DNA from: an uncultured Alphaproteobacteria bacterium
GTDB taxonomy: Bacteria > Pseudomonadota > Alphaproteobacteria > Sphingomonadales > Sphingomonadaceae
Direction: 5' to 3'
DNA length: 64,000 nt
Assembly (NCBI GenBank): GCA_963815315.1
Contig: CAWFFX010000007.1
Coordinates: forward strand, 71,732-135,731
Shown here: positions 9,602 through 17,892 of the stretch, piece by piece
How the letters are laid out: the number at the start of each line of letters is the position of its first letter
Position numbering within the stretch: the stretch's first letter is position 1
Notes under the pieces: model-generated
What the model saw: only the letters and a program-made list of their open reading frames with translations
Databases searched by the model: none
What the model was told of the DNA's origin: nothing
Program-made: the position numbers and the translations under genes

Positions 9602-10692
9602 CCGCCCCCACGGCGGCAGCGCCATCGACGCCCGCAGACTCCGCCACGCCCGCTCCATCCGTCGATCCGTACGCGGGACAAGCATGGAACCTCGCCGAGG
9701 AAGCCCCGGCCCAGAACGTAATCGGTGTGGGTGAAGATGCGAAGGAAAGCATCGCATCGCAGGGCGAAACGATCGGCGCGGTGGTGGGAAAACTCGATAG
9801 CTGGGCGCTGACGATCGGCACGGTCAGGATTTCGCTGTTCGATGTGATGTTCCTGGTCGCTGCTGTGCTGCTGGTTATTACCGCTGCGTGGTTCGCATCG
9901 CGCATGGCGCGCAATCTGGTGCGCCGCATCAACGGGCTGGATGCGACGCAGAAACTGCTCACGGAAAAGCTGGTGACCGTCGCAATATGGACGCTGGCAT
10001 TCTTCGTTGCGATCGACGTGATCGGCATTGATCTGACCGCGCTCGCATTCTTTGGCGGCGCATTCGGGCTTGCCATCGGTTTTGGCCTGCAAAAGACATT
10101 CGGCAACCTGATTTCGGGCATCCTGCTGCTGCTGGACAAGTCGATCAAGCCGGGTGACGTGATCTCCGTGTCGGATCAGGCCGGAAACGAAGCGGTTGGG
10201 CAAATCCGGAAAATCGGCATTCGCGCGATATCGGTCGTCACCCGCGATCAGACCGAACACCTGATCCCGAATGAAAACCTGATGGTCAATCAGGTGGTGA
10301 ACTGGTCCTATTCATCCAAGGATGTTCGGGTGAAGGCGCCCGTCGGCGTGTCATATGACAGCGATCTGAAATTGGTGACACGGCTGCTGTATCAGGCTGC
10401 CGACGAAACCAGCCGCGTGCTCAAAACGCCCAAACCGCGCGTCAACATCATGGAATTTGGCGACAATTCGGTGAATTTCGAACTGCGGTTCTGGATTCAC
10501 GATCCCGAAGCGGGCATCGCGAACATCCGGTCCGATGTGTATATGCGCATCTGGGAATTGCTGAAGGAGAACGAGGTCGAGATCCCGTTCCCGCAGCGCG
10601 ATCTGCATCTGCGGTCTTCCAAACAGCTCGATCAGCTGGTGGAGCTGATGAGCGCGGGCCAGATTACGGCGAAAAGAAATCCGCCGGATTGA
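9598..10692 (+). CDS. Mechanosensitive ion channel, MscS family (paralogue 2)
   Basis: The core is the same as the upstream gene (GGAFGLAIGFGLQKTFGNLISGILLLLDKSIKPGDVI...IPNENLMVNQVVNWS). The GTG start overlaps the upstream stop as GTGA. Confidence 0.8.
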   Translation: MTAPTAAAPSTPADSATPAPSVDPYAGQAWNLAEEAPAQNVIGVGEDAKESIASQGETIGAVVGKLDSWALTIGTVRISLFDVMFLVAAVLLVITAAWFASRMARNLVRRINGLDATQKLLTEKLVTVAIWTLAFFVAIDVIGIDLTALAFFGGAFGLAIGFGLQKTFGNLISGILLLLDKSIKPGDVISVSDQAGNEAVGQIRKIGIRAISVVTRDQTEHLIPNENLMVNQVVNWSYSSKDVRVKAPVGVSYDSDLKLVTRLLYQAADETSRVLKTPKPRVNIMEFGDNSVNFELRFWIHDPEAGIANIRSDVYMRIWELLKENEVEIPFPQRDLHLRSSKQLDQLVELMSAGQITAKRNPPD

Positions 10693-10770
10693 GATTGGCC
10701 TGGCAATAGCTTTGCTTCAGTCGCTTAAAACCATTCTCACTGGCGCGCGATCGAACGCTCTACCATCTGG

Positions 10771-11550
10771 ATGCACATGACCCACACAGGAACCATCTTT
10801 CTCGTTGGCGCAGGTCCGGGCGATCCCGATCTGTTGACGGTACGCGCCGCCCGCCTGATCGCGGACGCGCAGGTGATCGTGCACGATGGGTTGGTCAGCG
10901 ACGGGATACTCGCTCTGGCCGCGCCCGATGCGCGTCTCATAAGCGTGGCAAAGCAACGCGCGCGCCACACGCTGCCACAGGATGATATCAACGCGCTGCT
11001 GATCCGAGAGGCGCGGGCCGGGCGCGATGTAGTGCGGTTGAAAGGCGGCGATCCGCTGATCTTCGGTCGCGGCGGCGAAGAGGCCGAAGATGCGCGTGCC
11101 GCCGGTATCAGCGTGGAGATCGTGCCCGGAATTTCGGCTGCGAACGGTGCGGCGGCGGCGGCGCAGATTGCCCTCACCCACCGTGACGCCGCCAGCATCG
11201 TCAGCTTTGTTGCAGGCCAGTGCAAGGGCTTGTCCGATCAGGACTGGTCCGGCCTTGCCGGCAAGGGCCGCACTCTGGTGATCTACATGGGCGTATCGAC
11301 CGCCGCGCAGATCGCGGAAAAGCTGATGGCGGATGGGCTGGCGCCCGATGTGCCGCTGGCCGTGATCGAGAACGGTGCGCGTCCCGAAATGCGCGTGGTG
11401 CGCGGGCTTTTGGCGGGCCTGCCCGATCTGGTCCAAACCCATGCGATCAAAAGCCCGGCGCTGATCGTGATCGGGGATGTTACGGCACGAAGGGACGCGG
11501 ATCTCGCCCGGACTGCACGGGCAGCACAGACAAGACAGGCGGCGCAATGA
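10771..11550 (+). CDS. cobA: Uroporphyrinogen-III C-methyltransferase (SUMT; siroheme branch)
   Basis: Contains VGAGPGDPDLLTVRA...LKGGDPLIFGRGGEE, which is the tetrapyrrole methylase signature. Confidence 0.85.
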   Translation: MHMTHTGTIFLVGAGPGDPDLLTVRAARLIADAQVIVHDGLVSDGILALAAPDARLISVAKQRARHTLPQDDINALLIREARAGRDVVRLKGGDPLIFGRGGEEAEDARAAGISVEIVPGISAANGAAAAAQIALTHRDAASIVSFVAGQCKGLSDQDWSGLAGKGRTLVIYMGVSTAAQIAEKLMADGLAPDVPLAVIENGARPEMRVVRGLLAGLPDLVQTHAIKSPALIVIGDVTARRDADLARTARAAQTRQAAQ

Positions 11551-11846
11551 AAGTCCTTACCGGAAACGATCTGAAAACCGGCGACGTAATCTGGTGGACC
11601 GGTCAGGGCTGGTCCCGCCATGTCGACGATGCTGGCGATGTCGGTGAACATGGCGAGGAAATACTCGCTGCCGAGGAAGGCGCGCGACGTGTCAATGTGT
11701 CTTACATCATCGACGCCGCGCGCGATGCGGATGGCCGGGTGCGCCCTGCCCATATCAAGGATCGCGTGCGCGCCCTTGGCCCCACCGTGCGCCCCGATCT
11801 GACTCTCAAGCCCAAAGACCCCGATGCGCTGAACTGGATTATCTGA
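11547..11846 (+). CDS. DUF2849-like small protein
   Basis: A 99-aa ORF, MKVLTGNDLKTGDVIWWTG.... It overlaps the cobA stop as ATGA and sits in the position between cobA and cysI that I recall for DUF2849 in alphaproteobacteria. Confidence 0.7.
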   Translation: MKVLTGNDLKTGDVIWWTGQGWSRHVDDAGDVGEHGEEILAAEEGARRVNVSYIIDAARDADGRVRPAHIKDRVRALGPTVRPDLTLKPKDPDALNWII

Positions 11847-13489
11847 TGTACGCCTATGACCACTACGATCAGGCCATGGTCGATGCCCGCGTTGCCGAGT
11901 TTCGCGATCAGGCCCGCCGCCGCCTTGAAGGGAAACTGACCGAGGACCAGTTCAAGCCGCTGCGCCTGATGAACGGGCTGTATCTGCAATTGCACGCTTA
12001 CATGCTGCGCGTCGCGGTGCCTTACGGCACGCTCAACAGTCGCCAGATGCACGCGCTGGGCGATATCGCTGACAAGTATGATCGCGGCTATGGCCACTTC
12101 ACCACGCGTCAGAACCTGCAATACAACTGGATCAAGCTGGAGGATGCAGCCGATATCCTTGAAGACCTGTCGAAGGTTGAAATGCACGCGATCCAGACCA
12201 GCGGAAACTGCATTCGCAATATCTCGTCCGATCATTTTGCCGGAGCCGCGCAGGATGAACTGGTCGATCCGCGCCCCTATGCCGAATTGCTGCGTCAGTG
12301 GTCCAGCTTCCACCCGGAATTCACCTATCTGCCGCGCAAGTTCAAGATTTGCGTGATCGCGGCGGAAAAGGATCGCGCGGCCATGCGGCTGCACGATATC
12401 GGCATCCGCATTGTGCAGCGCGCCACAACCTCAGGGGCAGCATTGGGCGCAGCATTCTACGTGGGCGGCGGCATGGGTCGCACCCCGATGATCGCGCCGC
12501 TGATCCGAGACTTCGTGCCGCTTGATCAGCTGGTCACCTATGCCGAGGCGTGCTTACGCGTCTACAATCGCCACGGTCGGCGCGACAACAAGTACAAGGC
12601 GCGGATCAAGATACTGGTGCATGAACTGGGCGCGCAGGAATACACGCGCCAGGTAGAAGAGGAGTTTGCGCACCTGCTTGGCGTGGGCGTTGAGCCCCCG
12701 CGCGAGGAATTGGAGCGGATCAAGCCTTTCTTCGCCGATCCCGTGTTCGTGGATGGGCCCAAGAACGTGGACCGGTCGGACCCCGATTTCGCGCTGTGGG
12801 TGGATCGCAACACGCACCGGCACAAGCATGATAGCTACGCCAGCGCGGTCATTTCGCTCAAACCCGTTGGCGGCATCCCCGGCGATGCGACTGGTGAACA
12901 GATGCGGCTGATGGCGGCGCTCGCCAAGAAATACAGCTTTGACGAGCTTCGCGTCATGCACACCCAGAACATCGTGCTGCCGCATGTGCGGATCGCAGAT
13001 CTGCATACGCTGTGGACACTGCTGGACGAAGCGGGGCTCGGCTCGCCCAACATGGACACGATCGAGGACATGATCGCGTGCCCCGGCCTCGATTATTGCG
13101 CGCTCGCCAATGCGCGCTCGATCCCGCTGGCGCAGCGCATTTCCGAACGCTTCGATGCAAGCGGCAAGACCGCGAAACTGGGTGAGCTGAAGCTGAAGAT
13201 TTCGGGCTGCATCAATGCCTGCGGCCACCACCACGCAGGGCACATCGGCATCCTTGGGGTCGATAAGAAGGGCGTTGAGAACTATCAGCTGTCGCTCGGC
13301 GGAAGCGAGGCGGAGGATGTCTCCCTCGCCAAGATTACCGGCCCCGGCTTTACCGAAGATGGCGTGATCGAAGCGGTCGAGAAGGTGACCGACGTATACC
13401 TCGATGAGCGCGAGGAGGGCGAACGCTTCCTCGATACCTATCGTCGCATCGGGATGGAGCCATTCAAGGAGGCATTGTATGACCGATAA
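11846..13489 (+). CDS. cysI: Sulfite reductase hemoprotein (nitrite/sulfite reductase 4Fe-4S and siroheme family)
   Basis: Contains TTRQNLQYNWI and the cluster and siroheme Cys motifs CPGLDYCALA and SGCINACGHH. The start overlaps the preceding stop as TGATG. Confidence 0.85.
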   Translation: MYAYDHYDQAMVDARVAEFRDQARRRLEGKLTEDQFKPLRLMNGLYLQLHAYMLRVAVPYGTLNSRQMHALGDIADKYDRGYGHFTTRQNLQYNWIKLEDAADILEDLSKVEMHAIQTSGNCIRNISSDHFAGAAQDELVDPRPYAELLRQWSSFHPEFTYLPRKFKICVIAAEKDRAAMRLHDIGIRIVQRATTSGAALGAAFYVGGGMGRTPMIAPLIRDFVPLDQLVTYAEACLRVYNRHGRRDNKYKARIKILVHELGAQEYTRQVEEEFAHLLGVGVEPPREELERIKPFFADPVFVDGPKNVDRSDPDFALWVDRNTHRHKHDSYASAVISLKPVGGIPGDATGEQMRLMAALAKKYSFDELRVMHTQNIVLPHVRIADLHTLWTLLDEAGLGSPNMDTIEDMIACPGLDYCALANARSIPLAQRISERFDASGKTAKLGELKLKISGCINACGHHHAGHIGILGVDKKGVENYQLSLGGSEAEDVSLAKITGPGFTEDGVIEAVEKVTDVYLDEREEGERFLDTYRRIGMEPFKEALYDR

Positions 13490-13943
13490 TCTCGGCACCA
13501 GCCCCGACGAGGTGCAATTCCGGTTCCGCGAAGACGAGGTGGTCGATCACGCCGCCGTCACCGTCGATGCGTGCTGCGATCAGACCAACGCCACTGCCGT
13601 ACGGATAGAACCCGGCGATGATGCGCGCCTGTTGCTGCCGTATCTGGACCGGCTGGCTCTGGTTGAGGTCAACTTCCCGACCTTTGGCGATGGGCGCGGC
13701 TATTCCGCCGCCCGTATCCTGCGCGAAGCGGGCTATACCGGCGAATTGCGCGCGGTGGGCGATGTGGGCGTGGACCAACTTTCGCACATGCGCCGCTGCG
13801 GTTTCGATGCGTTCGCGCCCGACCGGCCTCTGGACGAGGAAGACGCCGCGCGCGCCTTTGCCACTTGGGAAAATGTCTATCAGCACGCGGCCGATACGCG
13901 CGGTGCAGCCCGACGCACGATTGCGGAGCTGCGCCATGAATAA
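13479..13943 (+). CDS. DUF934-like protein (conserved CysI partner of unknown role)
   Basis: Starts MTDNLGTSPDEV and contains FPTFGDGRGYSAARILRE. It overlaps the 3' end of cysI by 11 nt. Confidence 0.7.
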   Translation: MTDNLGTSPDEVQFRFREDEVVDHAAVTVDACCDQTNATAVRIEPGDDARLLLPYLDRLALVEVNFPTFGDGRGYSAARILREAGYTGELRAVGDVGVDQLSHMRRCGFDAFAPDRPLDEEDAARAFATWENVYQHAADTRGAARRTIAELRHE

Positions 13944-14727
13944 GCCGCTCAACAAGGAGCAAGTTTTTTCCCGCGCCGCCCGAACCGCTGATCGCATCGA
14001 CGCAGGCCCGCGCTTTACCGACCATGATGCGGTGCGATTGAACCGCATGTTTCGCGGATCTTCCACCACCGAAATGCTCGAAGCAGTGATACGCGATAGC
14101 CTTGCAGCCGATGTCACAACCGTTTCCAGTTTTGGCGCAGAAAGCGCGGTTTTGCTGCACCTTCTGGCGCAGATCGAACCAAACCTGCCAGTCCTGTTCC
14201 TGGATACAGGCAAGCATTTTCCGGAAACGATCGCCTATCGCGATGCGCTGGTCGAAAGACTGGGCCTGACCAATCTGGTGGTGCTGACACCCGATCCCGA
14301 AGAACTCGCCGCGAAGGATGAAACGGGTCTTCGCTGGTCATACGATCCCGATGGCTGCTGCGAAATCCGCAAGGTGCGCCCGCTTGCACGAGAGCTGGCC
14401 AAATATGATGCCAGCTTCACCGGGCGAAAGGCGTTTCAGTCACAGACCCGCGCGAACCTCCCACGCTTTGAAATCGACACCTCGGACGTGCACGGCCGGC
14501 TGAAAATCAATCCGCTGATCGATTGGTCGGCACAGGACATTTCGGCCTATTTTGCCGAGCATGATCTGCCTGCACATCCGCTGGTGGCGCAAGGGTACCC
14601 CTCCATCGGCTGCGCCCCTTGCACAAAACAGGTCGCGCCGGGCGAAGACCCGCGCTCTGGCCGGTGGAGCGGCTGGGACAAGACCGAATGCGGCATCCAC
14701 AAACCGGGCGAGGAACCGTTTTTATAG
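13936..14727 (+). CDS. cysH: APS/PAPS reductase, Fe-S-containing type
   Basis: Contains a PP-loop-like SFGAESAVLLH, the Cys pairs DGCCEIRKV and GCAPCT, and the C-terminal ECGIH motif. It overlaps the upstream gene by 8 nt. Confidence 0.85.
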   Translation: MNKPLNKEQVFSRAARTADRIDAGPRFTDHDAVRLNRMFRGSSTTEMLEAVIRDSLAADVTTVSSFGAESAVLLHLLAQIEPNLPVLFLDTGKHFPETIAYRDALVERLGLTNLVVLTPDPEELAAKDETGLRWSYDPDGCCEIRKVRPLARELAKYDASFTGRKAFQSQTRANLPRFEIDTSDVHGRLKINPLIDWSAQDISAYFAEHDLPAHPLVAQGYPSIGCAPCTKQVAPGEDPRSGRWSGWDKTECGIHKPGEEPFL

Positions 14728-14756
14728 GGCAATGTCTGGGGCGCATGTCAGGCCAA

Positions 14757-15662
14757 CTACAGCCAGCCTTGCGCCCGATACCACTCAGCGGTTGATTTCA
14801 GCCCGATCTCACCGCCGATCTTCGGCTGCCATATGTCGCTTGGCACCGCGCGATCAAATCGCGATACCCAATTGGGATGGACCATGTAACCCACGCGGTC
14901 GGGCGTCAATTTCGCACCGTCGCCGCGCAGCAGCCTGTCCGCCTTTGCAGCAAGCTTAAGCGCGGCGGTGGGCAGGTGCGGCGCGAACACGGCGTTGCGC
15001 CCAACCGCCCGACCAATCGCCTGCGCCAGTTCCTTGTGGCTCCACCCGCCTTCGCGCCCGTCATCAGGTTCATAAATCATTCTGAGACCGGTTTCGCACG
15101 CCAGCCGCACGAGCAAGTCTGCCAGATCGTGCACGTGGATGATTGAGCTTGCCCCGCCCGGTGGCAGCGGCACGAACCCCAACTTTGCCGTGCGGAACAT
15201 CTCCAGATAATCGACATCGCGCGGGCCATAGACGCCTGGCGGGCGCACGATCGTCCAGTCAAGGCCACTTCCCTCGACCAGTGTTTCAGCCAGCGCCTTT
15301 GACGCGCCATAAGCAGAAAGATCCGGCTCGCGCGCAGACAGCGATGAGACAAAAACGAACCGCGATACGCCGACGGACTTGGCTGCCGCGATCATGCGCG
15401 CGGTGCCATTCACATTGGCGGTCTCGAATGCAGCAGGATCGGGCGCATTGGTAAGGCCCGCCACATGGATCACCGCATCGGCACCCCGGCACAATTGGTT
15501 CAGCGCGCCCTCATCCTCCAGCGAGCCGCGCACCCACATCACTCCATCGCGATGGGGTTGATCGTGCCGGGTGAGAGCGCAAACGCTGTGTCCTGCCTCC
15601 AGCGCGGCGTCCAACACCGCCGACCCGACGAAGCCGGTCGCCCCGGTAATCGCCAGTATCAA
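14757..15662 (-). CDS. NAD-dependent epimerase/dehydratase family protein (extended SDR)
   Basis: Contains the Rossmann motif ITGATGFVG at residues 5-13 and YGASK, which fits YxxxK. The only possible start is TTG at 15660-15662, which overlaps the proB stop as TTGA. Confidence 0.75.
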   Translation of the reverse strand: MILAITGATGFVGSAVLDAALEAGHSVCALTRHDQPHRDGVMWVRGSLEDEGALNQLCRGADAVIHVAGLTNAPDPAAFETANVNGTARMIAAAKSVGVSRFVFVSSLSAREPDLSAYGASKALAETLVEGSGLDWTIVRPPGVYGPRDVDYLEMFRTAKLGFVPLPPGGASSIIHVHDLADLLVRLACETGLRMIYEPDDGREGGWSHKELAQAIGRAVGRNAVFAPHLPTAALKLAAKADRLLRGDGAKLTPDRVGYMVHPNWVSRFDRAVPSDIWQPKIGGEIGLKSTAEWYRAQGWL

Positions 15663-16780
15663 GTCCGCACCATGTGATCGCGATGCACTACGGCGGCGCG
15701 CGGGGCATATCCCAGCCGAGCCTCTTGATCCGGCTCACGCAGACCAATGATCGCGCGGCATTCGGCGGCGCTGTATTCGACCAGCCCCTGCCCCAGTCGC
15801 TCTCCCTTCGGGCCGTGCAGGCTGACCAGCGCGCCGCGCGAGAATTCGCCCTCGACGTCGGTCAATCCCGCAGCCAGCAGGCTCGCGCCCTTGCCCAACG
15901 CCTCGACGCAGCCTGCATCGACGCTCAGGACACCTTCGGGTGCCAGACGTCCGCCGAGCCACGCCTTGCGTGCGCCATCTGCGCGCACCGGCACGAACAC
16001 CGTGCCGCGATTGGCCGCGATCGCATGGACAATAGCGGATTCGGGCGTGCCGTTGATGATCGCCAGCATGACTCCCGCACGCTCTGCGATACGGGCCGCC
16101 TGTAATTTGGAGGTCATCCCGCCCGATCCCAAACCGGAACCTGATGTGTCGCTTGCCATCGCGATGATTTCGGGTGTTACCCCTTCAACCCGGTCGATCA
16201 ATTGCGCGCCGGATTGTCCCGGTGGCCGATCATAGAGGCCATCCACATCGGACAATAGCAGCACCGCCTCTGCGCCCGCCGCCTGCGCCACGCGCGCAGC
16301 CAGCCGGTCATTGTCGCCAAAGCGGATTTCCTCGGTCGCAACGCTGTCGTTTTCATTGACGACGGGGATCGCGCCTGCCTCGATCAGGCGTTCCAGTGTG
16401 GCTGCCGCGTTGAGATACCGCCTCCGATCCTCCAGATCGCCCAGCGTCACCAGCATCTGCGCGGCGGTCAGATCGTGCCGCCCCAGCGCCTCTGCCCACA
16501 ACTGCGCCAGCGTTACCTGTCCGACAGAGGCCGCAGCCTGCGCATCGGCAAGGCTGGCACGCCCGCCTTTGGGCAGGCCCAACTGCGCCGCACCAAGCGC
16601 AATCGCGCCGGAACTCACAACGATAATCTCGACCCCCTGACCGCGCAGCACCGAGATATCATGGGCTAGCGACCGGAGCCGATGCAGCGCAGGCTTGCCC
16701 TGTTCGACGAGCAGGGCGCTGCCAATCTTCACCACAATCCGGCGAGCCTCGGCGATATCGCTGATCGCAGTGATGGTCAT
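15659..16780 (-). CDS. proB: Glutamate 5-kinase with C-terminal PUA domain
   Basis: Contains VVKIGSALL...VVSSGAIALG...NENDSVATEEIRFGDNDRLAA. I chose the ATG at 16780 because it lies just after the obg stop at 16785. Confidence 0.85.
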   Translation of the reverse strand: MTITAISDIAEARRIVVKIGSALLVEQGKPALHRLRSLAHDISVLRGQGVEIIVVSSGAIALGAAQLGLPKGGRASLADAQAAASVGQVTLAQLWAEALGRHDLTAAQMLVTLGDLEDRRRYLNAAATLERLIEAGAIPVVNENDSVATEEIRFGDNDRLAARVAQAAGAEAVLLLSDVDGLYDRPPGQSGAQLIDRVEGVTPEIIAMASDTSGSGLGSGGMTSKLQAARIAERAGVMLAIINGTPESAIVHAIAANRGTVFVPVRADGARKAWLGGRLAPEGVLSVDAGCVEALGKGASLLAAGLTDVEGEFSRGALVSLHGPKGERLGQGLVEYSAAECRAIIGLREPDQEARLGYAPRAAVVHRDHMVRT

Positions 16781-16784
16781 CGTG

Positions 16785-17852
16785 TCAGATTGGCGACCAG
16801 TCGCCGCCATCCTCCTCCACATCCTCGATTTCGACCGCCTTGGTCTCGGTCGAGGTGCGGTCGGGCAAATGACCGAGCACGGCGTCGAGTAATTGTTCGA
16901 TCCCCTGCCCTGTCGCGCCCGATACGGCGAACACCTGCTCGGCGCCCGCCGCCTTCAGTTCTTCTGCGAATGCTGCAACCAGTTCGTCATCGGCAAGATC
17001 GCGCTTGTTGAGCGCGACAAGACGCGGCTTTTCTTCCAGACCCGCGCCATAGGCCGCCAGCTCGTCCTCCACGACGCGCAACGCCTCAGCAGGATCCTGA
17101 TCTTCGGTTCCGGTGATGTCGATCAGGTGGATCAGCACCCTGCATCTTTCGATATGGCCAAGAAACCGGTCACCGATCCCGGCGCCATCTGCTGCGCCTT
17201 CGATCAGGCCGGGAATATCGGCCAGCACGAATTCGCGGCCCTTGTGATGGACCACACCCAGTTTCGGCACCAAGGTCGTGAAGGCATAATGCCCGACCTT
17301 GGCCCGCGCGTTCGATACCGCATTGATGAATGTCGATTTGCCCGCATTGGGAAGGCCGACCAGACCCGCATCGGCGAGCAGTTTCAGCCGCAGCCAGACC
17401 CACATTTCCTCACCCGGTGTCCCCGGCTGATGCTGACGCGGGGCGCGATTGGTGGAAGTTTTGTAGGACGCGTTGCCACGGCCGCCCATGCCCCCTTCGA
17501 GGAACAGGACGCGCTGGCCGACTTCGGTAAAATCGGCGAGCACCTCCTCCTTGTCTTCCGACAGGACCTGCGTTCCGACGGGCACCTTGATCACCAGATC
17601 GGGCGCGCCTCCGCCGGTGCGGTCGCGACCCTGCCCGTGATTGCCGCGCTTCGCCTTGAAATGCTGCGAATAACGAAAGTCGATGAGGGTGTTGAGACCC
17701 GCAACCGCTTCAAAGATTATGTCGCCGCCCTTGCCGCCGTTGGCGCCATCGGGCCCGCCGTATTCGACGTACTTTTCACGCCGGAAAGAGACCGCGCCTG
17801 GGCCGCCTCCGCCGGATTTCAGATAGATTTTGGCTTGATCGAGGAAATGCAT
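16785..17852 (-). CDS. obg: GTPase Obg/CgtA
   Basis: Contains MHFLDQAKIYLKSGGGGPGAVSFRREKYVEYGGPDGANGGKGGDI, the G1 motif GLPNAGKST, and DIPGLIEGA. Confidence 0.9.
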   Translation of the reverse strand: MHFLDQAKIYLKSGGGGPGAVSFRREKYVEYGGPDGANGGKGGDIIFEAVAGLNTLIDFRYSQHFKAKRGNHGQGRDRTGGGAPDLVIKVPVGTQVLSEDKEEVLADFTEVGQRVLFLEGGMGGRGNASYKTSTNRAPRQHQPGTPGEEMWVWLRLKLLADAGLVGLPNAGKSTFINAVSNARAKVGHYAFTTLVPKLGVVHHKGREFVLADIPGLIEGAADGAGIGDRFLGHIERCRVLIHLIDITGTEDQDPAEALRVVEDELAAYGAGLEEKPRLVALNKRDLADDELVAAFAEELKAAGAEQVFAVSGATGQGIEQLLDAVLGHLPDRTSTETKAVEIEDVEEDGGDWSPI

Positions 17853-17892
17853 GGGCTGCACCTATGCATTTCCTCGATAAATTGCGAGTATA

